A DNA stretch of 64,000 nucleotides, taken from positions 1,984,001 to 2,048,000 of the forward strand of contig OZ374563.1 in NCBI GenBank assembly GCA_977862235.1, read 5' to 3'. Shown piece after piece: positions 10,336 to 21,800 of the stretch. How positions within the stretch are numbered: the stretch's first letter is position 1; each line of letters opens with the position of its first letter. A program made the position numbers and the translations under genes. The notes beneath the pieces are model-generated. The model was not told where the DNA came from. It searched no databases and was given only the letters and a program-made list of their open reading frames with translations. This DNA is from Dudresnaya verticillata (lineage: Eukaryota).

Positions 10336-13229
10336 ATGCGATCGTCTGCCACTCGGGGCGCCCCTGACGAAGGGGCGCCCGCAACCACGCCGCCGCCGCC
10401 CGTTGGTGCGCCATCGACGGCTGGACCGGCGGAGCCGGTGGCGGATGCCCAGCAGCCCCAGGCGCAGGATGCGCTGGGAGGAAGCGCCGCTGCGCTGCCA
10501 CACACATCGCCCGCTGCGGTGGCGGCTTCTGTGCCCAGTGGCCTCGCTGCCGCTTCGGCGGCTGGGGCCGGCGCCGCAGCGCATACCGGTCCACCAGCTG
10601 CCGACCAAGCTGGAGCGGGCGCCGCTGCGCCCGCCAAGACATCGGAGATGCGTCCCGCCGCTGCGGTTGACACGTCTCCCGCCGAAGTGCCCCCGGAGCC
10701 AGCAGCCGCTGCGTTGGCTCGGGGCAAGGCGACCCGACCTCTGCCGAGCTACGAGGAGGTCGAGGTGGTCACCCAAGACACGCCGCTGCGAGGATCGGGA
10801 GGCCTGGACCGGAGTGGGGCGGCCGCTGCCGCTCCATGCCCAGAGGAGGCGGCTCCGGTTTCTATGCCCTTCACTGCTCCGCGCGTCGATGCGCAACGCG
10901 TGGCTCGTGCCCTTGACCTGACGGGGTCGTCGACGGCCTCCGCGTCAAGGGGGAGCAGGATGCCGCCTGCTGCGGCTCCATTTGTGCCCCGCCGGGGCCT
11001 TAGCGCATCGGCGCAAGGTGACCCCGGAGCAGGGGCGTCGACCGCCCCTGGCACAAGCATGGCCGCTGTCATCGAGTCGTAATCGGCCGCTGCCATGGTT
11101 CCCCTCTGCCGGTTATCACCATGCGAGGGGTGTCTCTGACGATTGGGCCCCAGTGACTCGGTGTCGCGGTGCCCAATGTAGATGCATTGCCTCCCACTGT
11201 CTCCGCGTGGGAGGCACCGCGCCACCAGATCCCGCTGGACCAGTGGCGTCGGTTGCCCGTGCAAAGGATTGACGTCCAACGTCTCCTGCGTGTGGCAGAT
11301 GCGAGCGATGATGGCGGGGCCGCTACCTACCACGCCTTGATGCCCGCATCGCCGGTATGGCTCGTACCGAACGGCCTACCGTGTGACGTTTCGTTCGTCA
11401 CCACGATCAAGCAGCTGCTGATCGTGGATAAGGGCACCGAAGCCCTTTTTGTGAAACCCTTCGATGGGCCCCACAAGCCCCTCGCGACCTCGTTGGCCTG
11501 GTTGAGGGACGTCCCCATCGAGGAGACGCCGGAGGAGGCGCGAGGTCTGGCCGATGCCGACTGCGTGCGCCGCCTACTCGGGCCGTGTATGGGGGAGCGG
11601 GACTGGGCAACCTGCCGCGCACCTGGTGATGGCCTCATCACCACGGGTGCAAGCTTGCACCCGGCGCTCGACGCGTCGTGGTTTCCCTCCGCGGAGTGGT
11701 ATTCTCACCGGGACGTGCCCGCTGGCATGATCGTCCCGTGGCCCAGCATCGAGCGGTATTTCCACTACGCCACGGCGGGGAATGAGGCCGTTCGTCGAGA
11801 GCTCCTTGCTAGGCGCTCCGACGAGTATGCCGTTGAGGTGGGGCATCGCTACCCCTCCGACATCCTATCGAAGGAAATTTGCTGGGTCCTCGATGACCGC
11901 ATTTTGGTGTACCTCGATGTACTGTGGCGCAGCAGACGCCCGGGCTTCCCGCGCCCCCGAGGCGCGGCAGGCCCGGACAACACATCGGTGACGTTCGAGT
12001 TCAAGCAGCTGCTGAACATGACGCCTTTCGTGGCCGCTGCCAGAGAGAAGCGCACCCGTCGCCGCCACTTTGCAACACGCGTCGACGCGTTCATTTGCGG
12101 GGTCAACCCGGTGGCGGGGACCTTTCACAAGATCCAGCGCGCGCGCGCGCCGCGGAAGGATCGTGGCTACGCCTCGATGGCGGACATGGCCCGCGTCGAG
12201 CGGGCCGCTAGGCCGCGCGCCCGTCGGGGCATAGGTGGGGCATCCAAGACGGCCGCTGCCGTTATGGTCTCGGAGGCCGAGCCCTACTTACCACCGGAGC
12301 CACGCGCCGCGGCGCCCGCACCTCGAGCTGTGGCACCACGTCCCCCGGCCTCTGCCATGGGGGGAGGTCAGGAGAGGCAGGCAGCGGTCGATCCGCTGCC
12401 CGCTGCCTATACGCCGTCGAGGCATGCGGTGAGGTATGGCCCACCGCCGTCGATGGCGGTGGCCGCTTATGTGCCGCCGCCCACAACCGATGCGCTCGAC
12501 GCGCCGGCGGCGGCGAGACTCTGGAACGACCAAAAGGTACGCCGTGCCGCGGCGCTGGTACAGTTGGGTGAGGACGCGCCGCTGCGCACCCTTGTTGCCG
12601 CCTTTGCGGCCCATCTAGCGGGGACGCATGATGATCTCGCCGCTGCGAACGCCATCGCCCTCCGCTACCGCACCGAGCGGGACAGGTTTGCGCACGATGT
12701 GCAACGACTGCAGGAAGAGTTGAGGCGCGCTGCCCGCTCATCCCCAGTCGTCGGGTCCCTCGGCAAGCGGCCAAGAGAGGAGTACCAGCCGCCCCCGACG
12801 CTGGCGCCGACGAAGCAGCCAATGCCGTCATATGCGCCAGTGCAGGCAGCGCAGCAACCGATGCTGCCTTATGCCGTCGGGCCCGCTGGCCATATGCTCC
12901 CATGGGGGCCCTCCGGTTACACCCCGTCGATGGTGGTGCAGGGCGGTGGAGCCCCACAGCAGCCGGGCGCCGCTGCGCCCGTCCCCCCGGGCTACGTACC
13001 GCAGGGGTATGGTCCCCCAGTGGGGCAAGTGAGCCCTTCTGGGTTAGCGGCCGCTGCCGCTGGCGCCGCTGCGGTGTACCACGCGTCGGGTACCGCGGCG
13101 GGCGTGGCTGCGCCACCTCAGCCGCGCGCTGCGGCCGAGGTGACCGGCTATGACCCCTCCGCCCCTGGCTTTGCGTCGTCGATGGCTGCTCAGCCGGAAG
13201 CGGGGGCCGGGGGCAACGCTGCCCAATAA
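10336..13229 (+). CDS. Element C antisense accessory ORF (10336-11082 plus 11169-13229, interrupted by a stop and frameshifts); unknown protein family
   Basis: Lies directly inside the PPT/3' LTR, antisense to the element. Motif PSAEWYSHRDVPAGMIVPWPSIERYF is shared with the A/E/F antisense ORFs; coiled coil and KRPR follow. Confidence 0.75.
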
Positions 13230-13945
13230 TCGATCGACGCATAGAGTTCGCGGGCGCCGTGGCACCCAGCGATTAGAGCGCCGCTGCGCCTTTTAGTCCA
13301 GTTACGCCGCTGCGTCTATAGACATGTTAAAAGGGAAAGGTGTGGGATATGGCTTCGGCCCGCGTCGATGCGAACTTCTTTTTGGCGAAAGCGTTCGCCG
13401 GCGCAGCAGCTCACCACGTCGGGCCGCTGCCCACGGTGAGTGCTGCGCGCGTGCATGCGTCGAGCCCGTGTGCATCGCCACTGCGCTACGATAGCGGTCG
13501 TCTCGGTGCGGGGCTTGCGTGAGCCGCTGCTCAGGTGCAATAGGCAAGCGTGCCGATCCCATGTGGCTCCCCAGCGCCGCTGCGCGGCATGCCGCCTCGG
13601 CATGGGGGAGACCACAGTGGTTGCCCTTGCGCGCTCGTCTTGGGCGTCTGGTGCCACTGCGGCTAGCTTCGGCGAGGCCGCTGCCTTGCACCCACTTGCC
13701 GGCTGCGCGCCGCTTCTAGCTACTCGATCAGCCGCTGCTGTTGCTCCCGCCGGGAGGCGGTTTGCGCCCAAATTATAGCCAATCGTTGGCTGGGGATTTT
13801 CCGCAACCCCTTGCGTTAAGGCCATAAAGGGGAAACACACGTCCACGACGGAGTGGATGAGTGCGTGGTAGTCCGGAACGTAGCCCACGCTAATAGCGGT
13901 GATGTCCACTCTTGAGCGCTGGGGGTGAAGAACTACCGAGCTTCT

Positions 13946-14865
13946 TGTAGTGCAAAACGTCGTTGACGAACACTGCCGAGCAGTTCGGGGCTCGGTGGGT
14001 AGCTGCGCCCTCGGCGATGGATGGTTCCGCCGTGGGCGACTTGTTGGTAGAGCAAAGGAACACGCCTTGGGCGGACTGTAAACGCCCGAGGCGGAAAGTG
14101 TGGAGGAAGGGAAAGGGAAACAGAAAGAGAACACGTCAAGGACGATGGTAGACGTGGAAGCACGGGAGGTAGACGCTTAGCCGTAGGCAGCGGTAGGATA
14201 CGCGCGTGCGGAACGGGGAAGTCTGGACCAAGGCCGGCTTGCCGGGGTTTACTGTGACGTCTGAGACGGATCAACTAAGTAAGGATTACCTAGCGGCGGC
14301 GACGCGGATGTACGCGTAACGCGGGAACTCGGGACACGTGTTGTCCCGAGGCGCGTCTGACAGATCCGTCCGTCATGCAGCCGCGCTCCTGACAGATCAC
14401 GCGTAGCTTCCCTGATCGAATCCTTACACTCACACGTGGATCCTTTCCTTACAGCCGCATGCGCCCCATGGCGCGAGCGATCTCGATCCGTACCGATCCC
14501 GATCCAGTCCGGATTCGGGCCAGCGATGCGGATGCGCCAGGCTTACAGGCGCGTGCCTTACACCCCTTAATCCCGATATGGGATCCCGATGTGGGATCCC
14601 GATTGGATCCGGATTCGGGCCACGCTTACAGCGAACGTTCCCGCCACTGCGCCACGCGCGCACGCGTGGCGCCGTACAGTGGCCGGGTTCCGGCGTGCGG
14701 TCTGCACGCCCAGCGAGCCGTTCTGGCCCGAGTGGCCAGCGGCATGCGTCGGTGACGTGTTTGCGCCGCGGGCGGGTTGAGCGCGCCGTTGGCGGTCGTC
14801 CGTCGGTAGACGCTGAATATCAACCCGCTTGAAAGCGAAAACGGGGGACCCCCCCTGGCACTACA
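13946..14865 (-). repeat. Element A 3' LTR
   Basis: Direct repeat of 26258-27177; PPT is adjacent. Confidence 0.97.
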
Positions 14866-15326
14866 CGACCCCCTCCGAAAACGCAAACACGTCAACCTGC
14901 TTCAGCCTGCCTGCTTTCCCGCGCCTGCGTCTCTTCCAGCGCCGATCACGTCGGTCACCCGCGTCTTCGCGTCTGCGTTTGCCCGCCCTTGGCGTTGGTT
15001 GAGCCCCGTCAAAGACGCACGTGCAGTTTCCCCCGCCCTTGGCGTAGGAACATTTTCCCGTCGAAGACGTGTCGTGACGAACTTCGCCAGTGGCGTGCGT
15101 GAAACCCCGTCATTGACGTCGCATCTGCACACGCGTGTGTACGCTTATCGCCTAGGGCGTTGCTTTAAGGTCCGCCTTCGGCGTCGTTCAGTCTAGCGTC
15201 GTTGACGTGTGTTGTGTGTGCTTCCGCCTTTGGCGTAGTTGACTCGACTTTGAAGTCCCAGAACCGTCATTGACGCATCGTGTGAGCTCCGCCAGTGGCG
15301 TGTGATTACTCGACGTCTTGGACGTA

Positions 15327-17624
15327 ATGGCACAGTTCAATGGCCTACGAGTGGCTGCGCCTTCGGCGGCGCCGGTGTATCCGTCACCATTCGACTTTGT
15401 CGGGAGGACTCCTCGCAACGATGCGCGCTTATTCTCGCGGGCCCCCTGGTTCGACCAGGAGGCCCTGCGACATGAGGATTTCATCACCCATTACGCTGTG
15501 AGCGGGTTTTTGCCAAGGGAGTTGCCCCTGGCCGTCGTGTGGACGAACGAATGGCGCCATCGGTGCGCCATTCCGAGGGGCTGGCTGCGTATTGCCGCCG
15601 GCCAGACGCGTGCGGATGCACATGCGCGTCTCGTCGTTGACGTGTATCGGCGGTTTACCCGCTATCCTGGGTCGGTATTGACGCCCACCGTCTTTGAATT
15701 TGACGCAGGGCAGTACCGCACAAATGGCGAGGTTGGGTATGGGGGCCGTCTTGGGACGTTGTCGTTAAGCCATGTGGCTGTTTCGGTTGAGCCGCGGGTG
15801 CTTCAGGAGGCTAACCTCCTCGGTGTACGCTTGAAAGCGGATTTCCGGTACTTGCATAGGACGGGCACCTTCTATTGGGAGCGCTGCGTCCGTTGGGAGT
15901 GCGAAACGCGCCGCCGCAAAGGCGTTTTTGTACCGTATCAAGATACGCAAGTTGATCGCATTGAGCGGGAAAAGTTGCCGCATTGCTTCATTCGCGTCCC
16001 GCCTTTGTGGCGGGACTTTGAAGTCTGCGAGGGCTTTGCGGCTGAATTGCCTCCGTGTGTCACGTTTATTGGCTCCGAGTTGCGGACGGACCCGTACTCC
16101 CGATGTTGGATCGTGTTTTTCACCGAGTGGGTTGTCAAAGTAACTTACGCATGGATGTGGGAGGTGTATGACACCTTCCAGCTCTATTATGTGCCGCCAC
16201 GCGTAGTCAGCCTCCTTGGCAGGCTGGACTTGACCGAAGTGCTGGGCGGTGCCAGGAACTGCCAAGAGTTCTGGGATCTACGCCATGTGGCGGATAACGT
16301 CAACTGGGACGACCCGGCAGCTGTGCCGCCGGGAAACCGGCGCCGTAAGGCCAACCGTCCGCGTTACGCGATGAGTAGGAATCATTCCGCCTGTGGTGAT
16401 TGGGTATGGTACAACCCTTGGACAAAACGTCTTACGACGGAGAACATCGCTGAGAGCCATCGTCGTACGGACCGCTTCACGCCAGCGAATCACCCGCGTG
16501 GGTTGCGCAAGAATTGCGACTTTGCGGGGGATTTCCCGCCCCACTTGAGCGCCTTGATGGCGGAGGAGGATGCCTTGCACGCTAACAGCGGACAGGTTAA
16601 CCCGTCTGGGACGGACGTCGTTACGCCTATGGCGGTTGCGCTTTCTGCGGGAGCGACAGCCCCCGCGACGATTTCGCCAGCGGCGGTAGGACCGTCGGCG
16701 GTGATGCCTGTTGGCTTGCCGTCGGTTGTACCGTTGGATCTCTCGGCTCCCGTCAATGACGGTGATGGTGATACCATCATGGCTGCGCCCATGGCGAGTT
16801 CTGCGTCTGCAGTTACGCCTCAAGGCGGCTTTTCTAACGTCGCTGACGGTGCGAATCGCCCTGCTGCAGTGCCCGAGTGGACTGAGGAGCAGCGCCGCAC
16901 GGTGCTCGCATTCTTGCGAGCCACCGGTGTCGACACTGACGGGTCGGGCGGGTCCTCCACGACGCCCCTCGGGCACTCGCTGTTGGCTGCCCTGCAGCCC
17001 AGCGTTGCTGCGGTGCCGGCGTCGACCGTTGTTGCGACTGTGCCGTCTAACGACGAAGGTGCGGCGTCTAATGACGGAGTGGCGAAAAAGCCTTTGTCGC
17101 CTAAGGCGGGTTCGTCCGCAATTGCGTCCACTGACGTTGTTAACAAAAGTCCGCCGAAGGCGAGTGCGGTGGCAGCGCCTACGGCGGTTCCGCAGGCTCC
17201 AGTGGCCTCTTCGTCGGTGACGGATGTTGGTCGTTCAACGCCTTTGGCGGTTAATGCGGTCCCGTCACCGGAGGTGCCGGGGCCGTCGACTTCGCCCAAG
17301 GCGGTTGAGGATGCTCCGTCGCCAAAGGTGATCGAGCTTCCTGGTGTAGCGCCTAAGGCGGATAATGACTCTAACGTTGCGCCTATGGCGGTTGATGAGC
17401 AGTCGTCGCCTAAGACGGATTGTGAGGCAGGTGCGTCGCCAGCGACGGATGTCGCAACTTCGACAGCAGTGGTTGTGGCGGGTCCCTTGCGGTCCGTTCC
17501 TGCCCCTGCTGCGAGCGCACCGTCTGTGACGGAAGACGACCTCTACGAAGAGGCGTTAAGAGAATCCGCCAATGGCGTCGGCGATGATGTCCCACTTGGG
17601 CCGTCTGCGACGAAAAAGCCGTAG
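15327..17624 (+). CDS. Element A antisense accessory ORF, intact (765 aa from ATG 15327); Trp/Tyr-rich N-terminal domain plus Ala/Pro/Ser-rich tail
   Basis: Long uninterrupted ORF between pol and the 3' LTR on the opposite strand; shares WECETRRRKG...PPLWRDFEV...LPPCVTFIGSEL...WIVFFTEW with the E and F ORFs. Confidence 0.85.
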   Translation: MAQFNGLRVAAPSAAPVYPSPFDFVGRTPRNDARLFSRAPWFDQEALRHEDFITHYAVSGFLPRELPLAVVWTNEWRHRCAIPRGWLRIAAGQTRADAHARLVVDVYRRFTRYPGSVLTPTVFEFDAGQYRTNGEVGYGGRLGTLSLSHVAVSVEPRVLQEANLLGVRLKADFRYLHRTGTFYWERCVRWECETRRRKGVFVPYQDTQVDRIEREKLPHCFIRVPPLWRDFEVCEGFAAELPPCVTFIGSELRTDPYSRCWIVFFTEWVVKVTYAWMWEVYDTFQLYYVPPRVVSLLGRLDLTEVLGGARNCQEFWDLRHVADNVNWDDPAAVPPGNRRRKANRPRYAMSRNHSACGDWVWYNPWTKRLTTENIAESHRRTDRFTPANHPRGLRKNCDFAGDFPPHLSALMAEEDALHANSGQVNPSGTDVVTPMAVALSAGATAPATISPAAVGPSAVMPVGLPSVVPLDLSAPVNDGDGDTIMAAPMASSASAVTPQGGFSNVADGANRPAAVPEWTEEQRRTVLAFLRATGVDTDGSGGSSTTPLGHSLLAALQPSVAAVPASTVVATVPSNDEGAASNDGVAKKPLSPKAGSSAIASTDVVNKSPPKASAVAAPTAVPQAPVASSSVTDVGRSTPLAVNAVPSPEVPGPSTSPKAVEDAPSPKVIELPGVAPKADNDSNVAPMAVDEQSSPKTDCEAGASPATDVATSTAVVVAGPLRSVPAPAASAPSVTEDDLYEEALRESANGVGDDVPLGPSATKKP

Positions 17625-18832
17625 CGTTGTTGGATCGTTAAGAACGGTTAGCAAACGCGAGAGCGCGTGTGGTGTCGCTTCGCCTGCCCCGTGGTGGGGC
17701 GGCGAGCGAGGGATTCATACGTCATAGACGGTTAGTGCCGCGTCTCACGACGTAGGTCGTAGTGGAAGTTCATGCGGGCACGGGGGTTACCCTCGCTTGT
17801 GAAGCCCGAATAAACTTGACCGTTGTGAAAACGTAGTTGCTTGTGTGTCCGCCCGCTTGATGTAGAGCGCTGCGATAGCGAATAGTATGTAGTCGACGGG
17901 TCGCGTTCGTATAGACGTTGTTGTTGTTTGTTCGCTGTAGTAGCGTTTGCGTAAAAGCTTGGGGCGGTGCCGCCTTGGTGGCGTTTTTCTCCTTTCTTGA
18001 TGCCGCTACAGTAGCGGAGGCCCTTTTGGGAGGGTTCATTTTCTCATGCCGACTTAGTCGTTTTGTTCAAATTGTGATTCCGCTTGTTGAGCGACTATGT
18101 AGTTGGGGAGCCGTTTGTCGGTAGGCTTTTCGTTTTTGACGTAGGGCATGTTGGGTTAGCGTCGGGGACGGTTAGCTTGGCGATGCGCCGCGCGTGGGAC
18201 GCGTTTCTTGCGACTCCTGGGCGTGGCTGCCGCGCCCAGCGGCGGAGTCATTTTTGCGATTAGCGCGTCATGCACGAAACGTAGCCCAACTCCGTCTTCG
18301 ACGACTGCTTCTTCTCTCGTGTTTGCGGGCGACCCCTTTTTCGACTTGAGACACGTCGTTGACGTTCGCGGGCGTCACCCTCGAGGCGGTTGCGTGCACC
18401 GCTCGTAAGGGTGGCGAGTTTCGGACTTGGCCGTGGGTGGCGCGCCTGGGCGAGGACGTCGGAGACGGTCGGTCGCGTCCGTACTCGGGTGCCTCGTGGG
18501 CGTTCGTAGTGCTGGGCACACACTTTTCAGGTTCTCGTTTGTTGGGCGTCGCCGCCTGGCTGGTGCCTTCGCGTTATTGTTTTCACATTAAAATTTTCCA
18601 CTTCGTTTGTTACCCGATTTCGTGTGGTGCGTGCGCCCTCCACGCCTTCTAACTACTGTCAGCCGCCCTGTCCTTACGGACCCCCTCCGAAGAGGGTTGC
18701 CTATTCGCGTGTCGCCAACCCAATCGTCCTTGATCCGGTTGATTACAGCCCCCGTCGTTCGTAAAGAGTGCACGTCTGCGGCACTTTGTATGTGGCGTGT
18801 GTTGTCGCTTCCAGCGTCCACCCTGACTAGGG

Positions 18833-21800
18833 TTACCGGCGTTGCCTGTCGTCGATGTTTGGCGGCAGGCGCGTGTGCTTCTGACGGTGATACCGTACAA
18901 CGTGCGATCGCGGTAGACTGGACACTGGTTCCCAGGTATTCGCTGAAGCGGGGTATCCAAACCACTTGACGCGGTAGAGGATCTCGCCGTCTTCTGCGTG
19001 TGCGTGCGACTCAACCCGTTCGATAACGTACTCCGTCGCGCTTGTAGCGGTCGACGTGGGCTCCTGCCGTTCTAAAGCCTGGGGCGGTTCTATTTGTTGC
19101 GTGATGGGCGTCTGCACCGGTTCTGCAAACCGTACTCGACGAGTCGATCGCCTAAGGCGCTGGGTCGATGCCCCGAGCGCTTGCGTAGCGGGTTGTGGTT
19201 CGTCGCTTTTGCGTACTGGTTCCTCGCTTCTAGCGGCGTCCTTCGCGTTAGCGCGGTCTTCCTCATCGTCAGTCGATGCGCTCGAAGCGGGACCTACCTT
19301 GGTAGCCGGCGAAGCCGAGGTTGCGTGTCCCATTCGGGTGCGGATGCCTGGACCCTCCTCCTCGTCGGAGACGGATTGCGATACACCGTCGTCGCGGTTA
19401 GCGGCGAAGGGCGAGAGCTCTGCTAACCCGCGACTGCGCGGCGTTGCATTCAGTCGCTCTTGCGAGTCGTCCGTGCTTCGCGGTGTCCCTGTGCCTCCTG
19501 CCGGGTCCGCCTGCGGCGTGTCTGGGGTTTCTGCTCCTTCGTCAGTTGACGTGGGGGTAGTGGGCCCCGGTACGTCAGGTGATCCCGGTGGTTGCACGGT
19601 TGCGGGGGCGTTGTGCCCTGGTGGGGTTGGCGCCCATACCACGCGGTCTCGGGGTAAAAGTTCGCGTTCGCCACGTCCCTTGTCGACGGTGACTGTCCCG
19701 TCGTCGACGTGTGTTACTTGATACGGTCCATCCGCTACAGGTGCGAGCTTGTACTTGCGCTCTGAGCGATCGGTGCTCCCGCCGCGGGCGAAGTATTCCT
19801 TCCGCACAAATGCGAAGTCGCCCACGGCGATTTTCTCCTTCGATTTCCTCAGACGAGTATCGAAGTTCCATTTGTAACGCGCCTGCGTTTTCGCGAGCGA
19901 CGCGTTAGCGGTTCCCATCAATGCGGACAGCCAGGTTCGCCATTTGGTGTAGTACTGTCCGGCAGTGTGCACGCTGTCAAGCGACGGCTCCGCTTCCAGC
20001 GATAGTGGCCGCGGGGGCTTGGATAGCACCAGCTCGAATGGAGCGAGGTGGGTAGCCGAGTGCAGTTGCGTATTGTACGCGAACGTGAGGGCATCGGTGA
20101 ACAAATCCCAGTCCCTGGGGTGGTCTGCTACATAGTGACGCAGGGAGGCGAGGATGGTTCGATTGAATCGTTCCACTTGGCCGTTACACTGCGGATGGTA
20201 TGTATTGGTGAAGAGATTCTCCACCCCTAAGATGCGGCAGACGTCCTGGAACAACTTGGCTACAAACTGCGGCCCGTTGTCGGACAGCAGCTTCTTGGGT
20301 GGGCCATACACAAACACCCAGTGTCGAACAAACGCTTTAGCGATCTCCAATGCCGTAATCTTACGTAAGGGAACCGTCCGGACCAGCTTTGAGAAGCGGT
20401 CCACGATGACGAGTAGGAACTTATTCCCCCGCTTAGTGCGTATGAGCTCCCCCAGTATATCTATGGACACAAACTCGAGAGGCTCGGTTGCTGGGAACAG
20501 TTTCATCTCCTTCACGTTCTTTCGCATCAGTACCCGGTTCTTCGCGCAAGTAACGCAATTGCGGACGGTCACGTAACAGTCCACCGACATAGACGGCCAA
20601 TAATACTCGCGTCGAAGCGTATGGTACAGCTTCCGCCCTCCGGGATGTCCTGCTAATTTAGCATGATGCCGGAAGTGGAGCAATCGAACGCGTAACGCGG
20701 ATGGTACAACGACTTGGGGTCGGGCCTCGACGGTCCGAACCAATAGTCCCTGTTTGTCCGTTGCAAACGGTAGGTTGTCTCCGTCGTCTAGACGTTTCCG
20801 AATCTCGGAACAGTATTGGTCACTGCCCTGAGCATGCACCAACTCTTCATGCGTCAATTGACGGAGTAGCACTTCATCCGCCGGTGGCGCGTTGGTAACC
20901 AACATCTGGTCAAACTCCTCGAAGTCTCGTTCGGAGAAATCTACTTCGCCCTTGGCGCTTGACGTATCGCTTTCTGCGGAAGCGTAGCCGTCTTCTGACG
21001 AGTGATCCTCGTCTTTGACGCAACTTCCGTGGTAACACGGGATATCATCGTCGATCGGTTCGACCGTTTCGCCGTTCGTCTGTAGACGTGAGAGGGCATC
21101 TGCCTGAGTATTCAGGTATCCCTTTTTATACTTCACGAAGAAGTCGAACTCAGAGAGGCGAAGGCGCCATCTCATTAACCGTGCCGAGGGGTCGCTGATT
21201 TCCATTAGCCACCTCAATGACGAATGGTCCGTATGGACTACGAAGGACTCCATCTGAAGGTACGGTCGCAACGTCGTGATGGACCAGACTACTGCTAGGC
21301 ATTCCTTTTCGGATACCGAGTAGTTGCGCTCCGGAGCGGTTAACGAGCGTGACCAGAAGCCAAGCGGCTTCCGTTCGCCGTCAGGTTGCATTTGGAAGAG
21401 TGCGCAGCCAACTTGGTATTCGCTCGCGTCACAATCAATGGAGTACGGGAGTCCTTGTTGTGGCAACGCCAGGATGGGCGGGTGAGTCACCGCTTCGACA
21501 AGCGTGCGGAATGCCCGAGCCTGCTCCTCGGTGAACGGTTGTAACCGGAAGTCTTGCTCTTTCCTCAACAACTTGTTGAGGGGAGCGGCGACGTGCGCGT
21601 ATCGCGATACAAACCGTCTGTAGACGTTGCACAATCCGAGAAAGCTCCGTAATTCCTTCTGGTCCCGCGGATGCTTGGCTTCGCGTAACGCGGCTGTGAC
21701 CGTACGGTCTACTTCCAATCGTCCCGGACGTATCACATGGCCTAAATAGTTGACGGTCGGGGTGAAGAAGTCGCACTTGGTCAACTTCAATGTCACCCCG

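Noticed and set aside
9935..13242. Long overlapping Arg/Ala/Gly-rich ORFs (e.g. 9935-10921, 12262-13242; also 58533-59597)
   Set aside because: Shadow frames of GC-rich coding sequence with no domain signal.
16732..16746. PLDLS as a functional CtBP-binding motif in the A antisense protein
   Set aside because: A single short match that is not clearly conserved in E or F; kept only as a weak hint.
15327..17624. Extra ORFs as env genes
   Set aside because: Antisense orientation, no evident signal peptide or transmembrane anchor, and NLS-like motifs instead.
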